Positions 28,930 through 43,648 of a stretch of 64,000 bases of DNA are shown piece by piece. This stretch comes from Eledone cirrhosa (Eukaryota), in NCBI GenBank assembly GCA_964016885.1, contig OZ024741.1, positions 137,330,001-137,394,000 of the forward strand, in the 5' to 3' direction. The position numbers and the translations under genes were made by a program. Below the pieces are notes generated by a model. It had not been told where the DNA came from. It was given only the letters and a program-made list of their open reading frames with translations, and did no database searches. Positions within the stretch are counted from its first letter, which is position 1. Each line of letters opens with the position of its first letter.

Positions 28930-30460
28930 AGACCCACACTCCCCCCGGCCTGAACTACCCACCCTTATTCCTTTAGCCTTTGACCGCCCCCTTCCACCCA
29001 CACATATCCCCCACTAACACCACTAACACACCCCTCCTTTTCACCGCCCACCCCACAACTAACAATACTAATACCTCCAATCCACCCCACATCCGACCAC
29101 CCTTCCCCAACTAACATACTAACATCCCTCCCTTCTTCCTATCCCCCCTCCTTATCACACGCACACACCCACCGGCACATATATACACGCGCTCACACTA
29201 AACACACACCCTACTACCACCACTAACCCTCACTCCCACACATCCACCCCACCACCCCGCAACTAACATCACTAACACCCCCTGACCCCAAGCACACGAA
29301 CACACACACCCACTTACACCACCCACCCTACACGCAACTAACATCACTAACACCCTCAACCCTACGCACGCGTACACACACACCCTCTTACACCACCCAC
29401 TCTACACACCCTACCACCACTGACCCCCACTCACACCCGCATTCAACCCTTTCTCCACCTACTGTATACTAACACCCACTAACACCCCCTTCACCAAACA
29501 CACACGCCAGTACACCACACTCCCTCCATCGACCCCCACACCCTTCTCTCCCCGCTCCACCCACACCCTTTCTCAAACACTCACTCATCCCACTAACACC
29601 TCTACTAATACACACACACCCCCTCCTCACTCCAACTTTCACACCTACCCATCCTCTCCCCCTTACCATTCTACCCTACTGCTGCTATGCCCTCTGACCA
29701 CCTCCCCGCACACACAGACACACAACACACCTTCACTCACCATTTTACCCTACTGCTGCTATGCCCTCTGACCACAGACACACCACACTCCTCCTGCCTT
29801 GACCACTTCCTGTTGCGCGCGCACCCCACATCTCCCCTCTTCCGACCCATCTCTTCACGGATTACACGTATGTGAACCTTGATCCCGGAATCAACCACAT
29901 CCAAGGATTTTACCAAGCATCCCACCACATCTTCTTACGGAATCACCTTTATGAGTCACCCACACACACACTCAAAAATAATTTTTTTTCCCACACACCA
30001 CCTACACCCACAACACGCTTAAACACCACACACACGTGCGTACCACCACATATTTACACATTCAGCCTCCGGATTCCTCTCCCCACACCCCTCTATCCAC
30101 ACACGCAAACACACTCCGACCTACACCCCACCCCACACACACCTCTTCCTGAACATGCAACCCCGTTCTTCCCCCAACCCTTGCTTTCACATACACACGC
30201 ACACACACGTACACCTACACACACACACCACCTTCAGCCCTCCCCGCTCGGACACACCGTCTCCCTCTCCCCACTCCACCCGCCACCACCCCTACACGCC
30301 CCACACCCTTCCACCACCTGTTTTACCCCATTTTAATTTTATTTTGATCATGCCTTTATTTTTAATTTCATTTGCACCGTTTCCTCTCACCCTCTTTTTG
30401 CTATATGTCTCTCCACCACTCCCCTACACACCCTTTGAACTCTCTTCCCACACACTTTTC
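28930..30460. repeat. 1.5-kb C/A-rich, G-poor low-complexity tract
   Basis: Recurring cactaacaccc and caactaacatcactaacacc units, with strong strand asymmetry. Confidence 0.85.
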
Positions 30461-30491
30461 ACCTGAAGAAGGGCTTATGCCCGAAACGTCG
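30461..30491 (+). ncRNA. Ultra-minimal hammerhead motif of PLE type
   Basis: ac-CTGAAGA-agggc-ttat-gccc-GAAAC-GTC-gt, then AATAAA at about 30529 and (TA)n from about 30581. Confidence 0.75.
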
Positions 30492-30578
30492 TTCCCCACC
30501 ACCACCCCACTCTCAAGAGCGTGAAATTAATAAACATTTGTTGTACTGCCTCTCTGTTTTGTTCCCGTTCAATTTTTC

Positions 30579-30659
<81 letters not shown>

Positions 30660-30671
<12 letters not shown>

Positions 30672-32071
30672 TATTTGTGAAATGGGCGGTGGTTGAAATT
30701 CAAATGTGCACGGTTAAATGGTAGTAGACGTGGTCGGACTGACATGAAAATTTACACACCTATGTAAAAAGTGCCAAGGAAGCAAATAGACGGGGTTGCA
30801 AATCTTTAACTTGAAAAATGTGGTCCCTGGGGCCCCAAAACTATCGTTATTTCCCTCCTGTTCTAATACTTTTGTCTTATTTACAATTTCATCACCCTTC
30901 TACATTTAACGATCATACAGTACCGTTTTATGAAATCGATTCTGCAGTACGGTCACTGTTTTCCATCAAAAGAAATAAAACGCTTGGCGATACTTGGTTT
31001 TAGTGTCCTAAATTATCATCATCGACATTCAATTATTAGCTCCACCCACTACACGATACGTCACGAAAGTAAATGTTTCGAAAAAATTTTAAACTGTATA
31101 TCGCAACAATATATTGTTTAAAGACATTTTTTTCTGTTGTTAAAAACTGTAAATCTGTTTAAAAAAACATGTATTTCGCAGCAATTTTTTTTCTGTTAAA
31201 AACTGTAAATAAATATTCATGTAAAAATGAAGCATAGTGTTTCGGTTAAATACATTTTCTTTTTTAACAGATTTACAGTTTTAAACAACAGAAAATTTTT
31301 TTTTAAAACAATATATTGTTGCGATATACAGTTTAAAATTTTTTCGAAACATTTACCTTCGTGACGTATCGTGTGTTAAAAAAAAAATGTATTTCGTAGC
31401 AATTTTTTTTCTGTTAAAAACGGTAAATAAATATTCATGTAAAAATGAAGCGTAGTGTTTCGGTTAAAAACTTAAAAACTGTAAATAAATATTCATGTAA
31501 AAATGAAGCATAGTTTTTCTGTGAAAAACTGTAAATAAATATTTATTTTGTTAAAAAAATAAATAAAAAATCTAATTTTCTCTGTTAATATTTTAATAAA
31601 TATTTATTCTAAAAATTCAATGTTTTTTCGTGTAAAAATGAAGCATGTAAGAAAATGAACATGTAAAAATCAAGCAGCAGCAGCTGATGACGTGTCGTGA
31701 CGTATCGTGTAGTGGGTGTCGTTAATAATTGAATGTCGATGATGATAATTTAGGACACTAAAACCAAGTATCGCCAAACCCTTAAATTGCGAAGAAGGGA
31801 CGCGTGTTTTTTTAAAAATTCTAATACATGTTAACCACCACTAACAGTAAGTAGTATTTTTCAAATTGCATATCATCGACATTGCTATTTCTCTGTTAAT
31901 AAACAACGCTTTTTACGTCGCTCCACTTCTCATTGTACGCCGTCCAGCCCCAAGTGCATATTTCTATTTTTTTCCCTGAAACTGCTTCTTTATAATAAAC
32001 TTTCAATAATATTTTTCAAATTATTAACTTAATAAAAAATGGCCCCGGGTGCAACCGGGCTCAGCTGCTAG
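30660..32071 (+). mobile_element. Non-autonomous Helitron with internal inverted and tandem repeats
   Basis: 3' hairpin cccgggtgcaaccggg followed by CTAG|T at 32068-32071. The 5' end merges with (TA)n. Segment 30985-31160 is mirrored at about 31260-31375 and 31695-31776. Confidence 0.75.
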
Positions 32072-32957
32072 TATATATATATATAATCATATGATGCCTG
32101 GAAGAGAATATGTCTACAGAAAATAGAATGTTCTTTGACTAAGCTGTCTTCCAGAAATATTCCTTTGCTAAGACAACAACAGCAGAAAAAAACGACATAT
32201 TCCTAATATCAGAATTCTAGAAAGTATCTTAAAATAACACAAAATATAGAGTAAGATATAAGCTAAAAATAAGTTTTAGAATGTTTAAATACATTTTACA
32301 TAATTAAAAAAATAAAACCTTATAGGTAAGATTTTATATAATGAATAAATATAGATGAAGGCTTCACAGTCTTCTATTATTTTACTGGTTTTTGTCAATA
32401 GACTCCGGCCGTTGTGTGGCACACTGCCTTGATTTAGTCTATAATATCGATCCTTGTCTGGTAGTTATTTTATCGATCCTTTTGTTAAAACGCTCAGTTA
32501 AAGATACAGATATATATATAAACACACGTGCACACACATGTTAGTATGTGTGCTACTTAAGAACCTGCTTTCCAACAGATACAAGTAAAGATATCATACA
32601 TACTCACACACACAGATCGCAAAGCTATTAAATTAGAAATGATATTATTATTAAAGAAAGCAAGACCACTACACTATATCCACATGAACAAAATCCACCG
32701 ACCTTTAACTAATAGGCATGAAAACCATAAGCCAAAGCCAGAAATGGAACTTATAAGTAAGTAAGTTCATGACACCTACACACGCAGCCAGATGAACAAT
32801 AAAGCTGAAATTTCAAAATCACTGCAACCTTTCTTATCAGAAAACATATTTTACACACTGCTTACACATATTGGTTGCTCAGTCAGTTAATGTTTGAATG
32901 TTTTAGTATCTACTTCAATATATAGATATATGTTTGAATGTTTTAAACATCCTCTTC

Positions 32958-33098
<141 letters not shown>

Positions 33099-36000
33099 AA
33101 ATGTGGGAATTCCAAATGTAAAAATACTTGCAAATACAATCGGTCGGTCTAAATAAAAGCTCAGAAATAGAGTAACATATCCCTATATAAAACAGGATTT
33201 TATAGGAAGTTTTTTTCAGGTGTTTTAACGATAGGTGCCCCGGTCCTATCAGGAAACGCAACAAGAAATGAAGAATCTTGCTCAAGAACACTACACGCCA
33301 AACTTTTCAGTAATCGCACCTACGATCTGGGCCATGGACCTTCACACTTACATGGAAGTTTGCACCATGGAAATCAATAAATTACACTCTTCTTGCAGAC
33401 AATTGTTTCCTCTGAATGTTTGTCCGGCTATATAACAGCCAAGTAAATAATATGATTTAGAAACACTTGTGATGATCTACATCTAAAAACACTGACTACA
33501 AATAGTTTTGTATTGGAAGAAGTTGGTTTGTCGCGATGAAGCGGAAATGTCTAACGTCAATCATGTTATTACCATAGTTACAGGTATTTAACGCCAAGAA
33601 TGTACACATTTGTTCAATTAAAGAAAGGCTAAGTGCTTGTTAACCTTTCTGATACCAAACTGCATGAAACTACTTTTTGGTTCTACGAAATAAAACTGAT
33701 AATTTATCTAAAAAGCTTCCATCATAATTTTTTATAAGAGTCTTTTAAGTGATACTTAAAAGTTGTACTAAATTCATCGAAATTCTTGCTTATTTGAAAA
33801 TTTAGAAAAGCCAAGGGAATGTATGTCATTAGAAATATGGTAACAAAATGGTTTAAATATTTACATTTATCTAACCATTTTCCATCATAATTTCATTTAA
33901 GAAAATTTGTTAAATTATACGCCAATCACAGCTTAATAATGAGAAATCTGTTTATATTACTAAATACCTCTGAATTCATGATTACTCAAAAAACACAGGC
34001 AGTGTATTTCATTAGAAATATAGCAACGAAATAAGCCAGTCCAGTTTTAACTACAAGGTTGCTTCTTGGAACGTTTTAAGTTATTAATATCCTTACCTAA
34101 TGGGAATACCTTCTATCATGTTGCGTATCTCACGTTAAAATAAACACTTCGATCCTAGTTCTGTCTTTTCAGATTTGAGGTCCTTTGTAAGCAAAGCAGT
34201 AGGATTAAGAGTGTGCTCATACACGGTAGGTCACCAGGTGACAGACCGGGAACTGAGGTCTGGATATAAGTGTTAGCGGCAAATATGGAAATAAGTCGTT
34301 CTGCATCAAACATGGAATGCTCTTTGACAAAGCGTAGTATCCAGTTGTCATCTGGCATTCAGGTGAACTCATGTGAAGCAGCGTAGTGAATGTACAATCT
34401 CAACTGTTACTCTTGGTCATCCATTGACCAAGAGTAACAGTAACACAATGATAGCCAGAGGAACCTGCTTGAGGTCGATGGCTAGATAACCAATTTCCTG
34501 AAGTGTATTACTGTTCAGTGTTTGTAAATGTAGATCATCACAAGTGTTCCTTGCCGCTTCTTGGAATCAAGCATATGGTCATATAGCAGCTTTCCACCTC
34601 ACCTGTCCACACAATCTTCGGCATTTTCATGGAAGTCTGGAAGGGCTTTGGAATTGAAAGGGTCAGCTAGTTGAAAATAGACAAGTGGCGTTACTTTGTC
34701 GTGATTCTCCACATTCACCTGTAGTTGAACAGTCTGCAGTCCCATTTGATCAAAGCAGATTTTGATTTAAGTCCTCGTATTCTTGTTTCAAGAGGGTTGA
34801 GTTATTTCCTCTGGTCATACAGTATCTCTGACCCAGGAAAAAAGGTTTTAGGTTTTCAGAGGAGTGTATTTCCAGGACAGTTGGAGGAAGTTCGTTCGTA
34901 AAACTGTCCTCAGAGAATGTTATTAGAGGTTTGACCTATGTGAGAAAGCTACGAAAATGACTAATTCCAAGCCTGGACCAGACGATGATGCTGAGGTTTG
35001 CAGCCATTTGGTCATCAATCTAAAGACATTCAAGCTATGTTATCTATATTTTTTCAGTCTAATATTTCATGAGCATTAGAATTTAGTCCAGACTAGCAAT
35101 AAAGAAGTTTAGAAAGACTGCCATGACCGTAATAACCAAACAATCAACTTTATGGTCTTTAATTTATTAGATGTTCACTTTGTTTTTAATCTTCTAGATG
35201 CACTAGCAGCCATTTTTATTTGCCTTGATTTAACATGCTTTGTTGTTTTGTGTTCTCATTCTCTAAATGTAATCTTCTAGAAGCATCTGAATCGGAAAAC
35301 AACGGCCATCTCTATTTTATAATTCTCAGTGTTATATAATTTAGATGTTATCAAACGTGTACGATCCATTAGTTAAATATCTGTTTGGTTCGTTTTCTAA
35401 CACCAAAAATCAAAATTATTATATTGAAAATTATCAGTAAAGAAAAAAAGAAAAAAAGAAAAAAAGAAAAAAAGAAAAAAAGAAAAAAAGAAAAACAACA
35501 ACAAAAATTATCAGTAAAGAAAAAAAGAAAAAAAGAAAAACAACAACAAAAAACAAAACATAATTAAATAGAAGAACAAAAAACAACAACAGAAAGTAAT
35601 AAATTTAATTTATATTTTTCGCTAGGAATATAAATTTGTTTCAACAAATTCTAAAGCATTTATTTTAAATTGATAAAATGTGATTTTTTTATTAATAGGT
35701 CAGCCATGATATCATTTATACACAAAATTTTAATAAGAGAAAAAAATTATTAAAAATTATTAATGAGATAAAAATACAAAACGAAAAGCGGTATGAAGCA
35801 AATGATATCTAATTTAATTGCGGATATCTTTGCAGTGCAAAACTTGACGTGTGATATCAAATTCGTTCATTAGTGAAACACCTTAAATGTAAAAAGAAAG
35901 AAATAACAACCATCAATATTTTAGAAGTGTTAAGTAACCAGCAGATGTTGAGTTTGTAATACTTTAGTGTAACAAGCTTGAACAAATCCGACAAAATAAA

Positions 36001-39000
36001 GTGCAGAAAGACTGCTGATGATGTTGATTAGATTTATCATATCTTTACAATTAAGTTTTTATTGAATCTGCTAGCAGTAAATTTCACATATGCAAGAATA
36101 CCCACTGACCTCGGAAAATATCAACTTCCCATTAGAAAAGGAAAGATGAAAAGAAGACAATCAGAGTAAATTAAACTACTATATTTTTTCTAAAGAAGCC
36201 AGATCCATGTTCTTGAGAATGGTCTGCAGTTATTAAAGGTTTTGATAGTAAACTTAAAAGGTTTGGGTGGTAGTCTTTAAATTTTAAAAAGCCAGCAATT
36301 TATGGGGAAGGACAAATCGATTGAAATAGATCCCAGTACTTGATTCGTACTATATTTTAGCAACCACAAAAGCTCGAAAGGCAAAGTTCACCCGGTTAGA
36401 TTTGAACACATAATGTAAAGATCCGTAAAAAAATACCGCTAGATATTTGCCCCATGCTCTAAAGATTTGGCCAATTCACAGACCTTCCTCAGAGAAATAA
36501 TGACTTTTGATTTAGCCAGCAATTATTTTTAGAGGGATGTCGACTAAATCGAGCCCAATACGTTACTGGTACTTTTGGGACCCTGTAATGGCAAAGCTCA
36601 TAATGTAAAGGACGGTAAAGGTAAAGCTCATAATGTAAAGGACCGTAAAATAACGCAAAATATTTGCCGAATGATCTAACGATTTTGCCATAGAAATATT
36701 AAGAAAAAGATAACCTCGATATGATTTAAACTCAGATACTACACGAAATACCGCAAACCATTTTATCTGGTGCTTTGCCGATTGTGTCATTGATCACCAT
36801 TGCAAAAGCACTAATAATAATAATTTGATATGTGAAAGGACGAGGGTAATTGCTTTGGGTTCTCGATCATAAATTCATTCCTGGCAGCAGGTTGTATCCT
36901 TGAGCAAGACATTGCACTCAGCTGGAAAAAAAGTGTTGTATCTGTAATTCAAAAGCCAGCCATGCCATACTTTGTGTCATGTTAAGAGCACACGCATTTG
37001 TGGAATGCTTAATCAGTTGCACATTAATTTCACGAGAAAGCTGTTTAGTAAATCTAAATATTGATGCCCATCATCGAAACCGTCGAAGAATCTATCAAAA
37101 ATATTAACAATGATAATACGATATATATATAGCAATTGATTAAATATAAATGTACTTCGAATAACTTGTCTTCCAAATATGAGGAAATCTCTCTTCTAAC
37201 TAAGGCAGGAAAATGCTACTCCCCCCCCCCCCCCAAAAAAAAACCGTAACAGATTTATTCTGAGACGTAATATTCAAGCAGAGTGTTAATGGCTTTTAAT
37301 CGATAAATGTTATCTTTGAAAGGACAAAAACACTAGCTGTTTAAGAAATGTGTTAAGTATAGCAGGTCACAACCAGTTTACGACCTGTTTTGTTTAACTT
37401 AGCAAAACAGAAGGCGTATGGGGAAAAATATCGGTAAAACACTCAGCGTTTGTTTGAGGAAAGCTAATCTTGTTTAATAAAATAAATGACATTTTCATGT
37501 AAAATTTTCCCATCCCCAACTCCTAATCTTTCGGTTTTTCTGTATATGTAAAGAAAAAGAAAACAATGTTCCCTTCTCCTACTCCTAATCTCTCGGTTTT
37601 TCTCTATATGTAAAAAAAGAAAAAGAAAACAAATGTATTTTCCTTTTATCAACATTTACTACTTAGCAGAATTCTAATTAAAAATAATGTAAATAAGGTG
37701 CCGTATTTTTCGTCTTTGCTTGTTGTGGAGAGATATCTTCTCTTATAGCATATCTAATTCATTAACTTGTTTAAATTCTGATAGAACCACATCATATCAG
37801 TACTGCGCGTAATTTTGTATGCAGAATCATGATCGAATATTCTGTTTGTGAACCAAACATCTATCAATATCTAACAGTTACACAATCTATTCTAATTAAA
37901 TGCTGTGCCACAGTTAAAAGCCTATTGACACCAAATCAAATACTTTAAGGAAGCTTTGAGATATTGACATGAAACGCCATGCCATGAATTTGATCTGGAA
38001 ACAAGCAAATGTCTTAATTTACACGATTCCCATTATCTTTATTGGGATGAGGGGCATGATATGGAAATAATTCTGATTGGAATTAATCTGATGAATACAT
38101 CCGGTTACGTCCGGTTAGAAAGAACGGTAAAGAGTCTTGGTAAATGCATCGTAAGTGTGCACTTACATTTCCTGAAGGCCCTCGTATTGATGTGATAACT
38201 ATGATAGAACAGAATCTTATTTCATTGCATTTTACATGCTTTATACATAAGAAAGCGATCATTTCGAAGCGGATATTAAACTGTGACTGTTATTATTGAA
38301 TAGAACTGTTTTAAAGAAACACAAAGGAAAACATTTCGTTGATAGTATTCGAAATTAATGAATGAATAAAGAGAAAGAGCTACAACTATTTAAATTTATA
38401 AATGCAGGGCAGACACAGATATTTCAATAGAATGTAACTAATATAGTGGCTTTTCGAACCAAAGGTGTACAACAAGAAAAGGATGACATTAAATTGGTGT
38501 GATGTATGATCACATTTATTAAACATGATTACATATAAAGTGATAGGGGGATTCCTATAAAATGAAAAGAGCCGATAATCAGATCGGATCAAAGAAACAA
38601 TGTTTCCATTAGGCTTCCCATTACTGATATCATCCCCAGGAGCACTGGTGGCAGATGGAGAGAGGATTAGATACTGCAACGCATCTTCTTTGACTCTTTA
38701 AGAATTCCAGCGAGCCACCGTCCCAGGATCAGTACTTCTTTTCTCGACGCCAAACGGAAAAAAAATCAAAGTCAACCTCAATGGGATTTGAACTCAGAGT
38801 GAAGTGACCCGAAACAAACACAACAGCATTTAATACATTTCCTTAATGAAACTGAGAATTCGCCGTTTTATATTTTAGGCCGTAGAAAGCAAACATTTTT
38901 TATACTAAATGTGTACCTGAAGAATTATGTTCAGCTTTAGTGTGCAATGTCAGGGTTTTCACAGTACTTATGTAGGATTCCTGTCAATTCCTATGCCGGA

Positions 39001-40924
39001 TAGGTCGTCTGCCACAGGCTCTACTTCACAGAATGTATGCATTCCTCACTGCACTATTTAAGGCATACGTGCAGTTACAGGCCGGTTAAACAAATAACTC
39101 TAAGTGAGAATTTTCAAGGTTAGACACCCTACGCACGCGAAGACTGAATTTACGACGGGATGTGTGGAGGAACTTCAAGCTTCAATAAGCAGAAATTTGA
39201 TGTCTCGCAACGTCACTGCAAGACAAGTAACTCAGAGCACGGTATGACATATTATACTGGTCATCTTTCTACATCCCTGGTATACCTCCAGCCCCCCGTG
39301 TGCCTCCCTGTCATTGTTCCATGGAGTTAGGAAGAGAAGAGTGAAGCTAGCTATCAAGCGCAGTTAGACCTTCCTTATTATAGTCCAAATAAGTGTCAGT
39401 ATGGACTCGAACCTCTTGAAACCATAAACAGATGGCGAATCTCTTGTCATGGTGGTTAGAGTAATACATACATTAATTTCATGATGAGGATGTTCTTTTG
39501 TTTCGAACAACTGGAACACTCATCATCGGAATCGACGGAGGTCCAAGACAACATATTGATAAAATAAAGCAGAGTAGCAGGAATGCTTTAACCACCGACT
39601 AAAATATATTTCAATGTTAGTTTTCAGTCATCTCTGCTTCAGTAACCGATGAAGACCCAACGCCAGCTTCGCCATTTACAACCCAACAACATAAAATGCT
39701 AATAGATAGTGCTGTATTTTTAGTACCTTTAAATTTAGAATTTAAAAGGTTTCCCCGCATCACCTGTTTTCAATTTGTTACACTCTGTAGAGACGAAGCC
39801 ATAAATAGAGAGATACCTTGCTGATCCCCAGTCATTACATGGCTTCCTTTGAAGCAACTAAATCAATTTCAGTTAATCTTAGAAATCAACGCAATGTCGT
39901 TTTATTTTTATATTTTAAGACATTTATATTACAATGAAATCACAAATAAAAATAGAACGATACAAAATCAAGCGTGTTATAAATGCCCAGAAGAACTAGG
40001 AGAAACGCTTAACTTGGTAAATCTGATGTTTGTAGTTTTTCTGGTAATTCTCCAAAGATATCTATTTATACGAATCCCTAAGACTGACGATGGGTTTGCA
40101 GATATAAAGTTTATTTCTAAGGTATATTAGAAATAAACTGGGAAAAATGTTTTCTACAAAACCAGGAGTCAGCTATGCATGCCCCTCTCCATCCACTACG
40201 CTACCGACGTTTTCCTAGAGAAAGGTAAAGGCCGATACTGCTTGGCGTGAATGCTATACGCTATGTATACACTATATACACACTATATATACATAACATA
40301 TGATTTTATTCTATGAAAATGCAAAGGCGACACTGCTTGGCACTTCATTCGTTATAGCTGCATCAACTGGAACAACGTGAAATAAAGAGTCTTTCCCTAG
40401 GTCAACAACATAACCACAAATTCACCCGTTTTCACCACGCAAAATCTAAGTTTGCTAAGTCAGAAAATAAGCATAGTAGTTTAGCGTGATATCATTTCAT
40501 TTCAGTGTAGACAGACGGTGAGAACTGACAACATAATTGTTCTTCACTAAGTTGAAATATATGTATATATTAAAAACAAACAAAATCAAAACAAAAAGAA
40601 TACTTATATATATAATGTCTTAATAGATAGAACGTTGAGCTCACAACCACGAGGTTGGGAGTTTGATTCTCGGAACGTTGAGTCCTTAATAAAACAGTTT
40701 GTTTCACGTTGCTCAGTGGAAAAAATTATTTGCAACATCACTGAGGCTAAGCTGTATTAGCCTTTGTTTTTCCATTGGACAACATCTGGGGCGTGGAGAA
40801 AGGAGACTGGTATGCATTGCCAAGTGATGGTCTTCCACAAAAACATTTTACCCAGGTGTTTGCCTCGAAAGGGAAATTTCTAGATGCAAAACCTTTGGCC
40901 ATTCGTGACAGAAGAGTGGATCTT

Positions 40925-40952
40925 GTACGCACTTGTGGCAAATAATGAAAGA

Positions 40953-41006
<54 letters not shown>

Positions 41007-41086
41007 ATGAATTTTATGTAAAACCCCCGCCGTCACATCTTGTAATGTCCCATTTTTGTACGCCCTTGTGCCAAATAAAGAAAGAT
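40925..41086 (+). mobile_element. Two extreme 3' tips of the Tx1-group LINE around an (ATCT)n tract
   Basis: gtacgcacttgtggcaaataatgaaagat-(ATCT)n and gtacgcccttgtgccaaataaagaaagat-atct match the 3' ends at 8370-8395 and 20373-20400. Confidence 0.75.
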
Positions 41087-41634
41087 ATCTAACTATATGT
41101 ATGTGTGTGTGTATAGCACTTGTCTTTTCGCCTTCAAGGTTCGATAAAATAACAAATGCAAGTGCAGGACTCTATTCAAACTACTTTCCCTGAACCTACC
41201 CAATCGTCATATTACTGGCGCTGTGCTAAATTACAAACCAATACAAGTGACGTACGATATTTCCACAGACGCCTTTCGAAAGAGTTAAACAGTTTTTCTT
41301 GTCGATCACGTCTTTTAGTTAGTAAACATCAAAACGGATGCCAAGGAAATTCATGAAGAGAGCAATTAGTGATTATAAAAAAAATCCTCACAAAAACAAC
41401 AACAACAATAAAAAACACAAAGTACACAAAACAAACAAAAGTAAAGAAAACAAAGTGTAATATCCTTTTAAGTTCTTTAGATCGAAAGATCGAATATTTC
41501 ATAAACCAATTAATTCTAATAGAAATTCTCATGTCACGAAATCAAGAAAAAAATTTATTTGTTCATTTGTTTATTATTTCGTCCACTTTAATCATCCATT
41601 CATAAAGGTGGATAGAGAATTAGAACACAAACGA

Positions 41635-41699
<65 letters not shown>

Positions 41700-41747
41700 A
41701 ATAATAATAAATTTGAAGTATCAAATATATAAGAACCGTAGCTGTTA

Positions 41748-41789
<42 letters not shown>

Positions 41790-41893
41790 TATTGAAGTTT
41801 CCGTTGAAAATTGAAAAAGTCATAGGAGTGAAGAGTGCTCTATGTAAGTTACAGAGCTAAATTTAATGTATAATAAACAATACAATATAATTA

Positions 41894-41961
41894 CCTCATT
41901 ACCAGAGGTTTCCCGAATAAGACGAATACAAGAAACGTCCTCATTCGTTCGTCAGACAAGG
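41894..41961 (-). ncRNA. Hammerhead ribozyme motif (mirror copy 43515-43582 on plus, with G8A)
   Basis: ccttgt-CTGACGA-acgaatgaggacg..cgtcttattcgg-GAAACC-tct-GGTA-atgagg. Confidence 0.75.
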
Positions 41962-42930
41962 TAATTTAAAACATAGTGAAATATTTGAAAAATCTCCTCA
42001 AGAAAGGCAAAAGTTTAACGGGCAAAAAGGATATATAAATAAAAGTAATGCAAGAGATATATAAAAATAAAATAAGGAAATATAGTAAGGGTATGTGTAT
42101 AAATGTGTGTATATCCACCTACAAATGTACATATGTGTGTATGTACAAATGCATGTGTATAGTGAAAAAATGTGTGCGTAAGTACATATATGAGGGCAAG
42201 CATATCAGTGTATGTGTGACCACAAATACGTATATAATATATGTTGAAAAAAGAAATTGTAAGATAATAGAGTTAACGTACATCCAGACTCAGGGACTAA
42301 GGATTGGAATATATACACATACAAGTATGAAAGTACGCGTATAAACACACACACACACGCGCAACCACATACATGCATGTGATATATACAGGGAAGAGAG
42401 TGTATCAGTCAAAGCAGTGTCAGGCTGAAGGTTGATACATATATAAAAATATAAAATATGAAAATGAAAAATGAAAAAATATATGAGAATAAAAAAATTA
42501 AATCAAAGAGAAAGTAAGAGGGAGGGGTTATCAATTATAAAGTAACACTAGAAAAAATAGAAAACATATATATATATATAAATATATATATAAATACGTA
42601 CAGACAAAAGCACATACATGCGTACATACATACAAAAGCGCGCATACACACACACGAAGCACATATATATATATATATATATATATGTGTGAATGAAGTA
42701 ATTCCATCGGAAAAGTCCAGGAAAAAAGAGTGCTCTATGTATGCAACAGAGCTTAATTATTATTATTATGTAATAAACAACATAAGGCAATTATTCCATT
42801 TACTAGTGGTTTCTTAAAAGCAAAAGGTTTTGCTTTCAATCCTCAGAATGAAAAATCCTGGTTTGTTTATTGAATATGGATTCTAAAAAGGTTTTTAGAA
42901 TCCATATTCAATAAACAAACCAGGATTTTT

Positions 42931-42984
42931 CATTCTGAGGATTGAAAGCAAAACCTTTTGCTTTTAAGAAACCACTGGTAAATG
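42931..42984 (+). ncRNA. Hammerhead ribozyme motif (mirror copy about 42796-42850 on minus)
   Basis: catt-CTGAGGA-ttgaaagcaaaa/ttttgcttttaa-GAAACC-act-GGTA-aatg. Confidence 0.8.
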
Positions 42985-43019
42985 GAATAATTGCCTTATG
43001 TTGTTTATTACATAATAAT

Positions 43020-43077
<58 letters not shown>

Positions 43078-43600
43078 GTACATCTAATCACACGCACGCG
43101 ACCATATATATATATATATACATATATTTCATATTTTATATTTTTATATATGTATCGACCTTCAGCCTGACACTGCTTTGACTGATACACTCCCTTCCCT
43201 GTATATATCACATCCATGTATGTGGTTGCGCGTGTGTGTATATTATATACGTATTTGTGGTCACACATACACTGATATGCTTGCTCTCATGTATGTAATT
43301 ACGCACATATTTTTTCACTATACACATGCATTTGTACATACACATATGTACATTTGTAGGTGCATATACACACATTTATACACATACCCTTACTATATTT
43401 CCTTATTTCATTTTTATATATCTCTTGCATTACTTTTATTTATATATTCTTTTTGCCCGTTAAACTTTTGCCTTTCTTGAGGAGATTTTTCAAATATTTC
43501 ACTGTTTTAAATTGCCTTGTCTGACAAACGAATGAGGACGTTTCTTGTATTCGTCTTATTCGGGAAACCTCTGGTAATGAGGTAATTATATTGTATTCTT

Positions 43601-43643
<43 letters not shown>

Positions 43644-43648
<5 letters not shown>

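Noticed and set aside
33396-33412. GAAACAATTGTC on the minus strand (hammerhead 3' half)
   Set aside because: No upstream CUGANGA or stem II found.
34155-34358. ORF MPDDNWILRFVKEHSMFD, faintly like semaphorin or pogo HTH segments
   Set aside because: Similarity is too short, and there are no supporting flanking motifs or splice sites.
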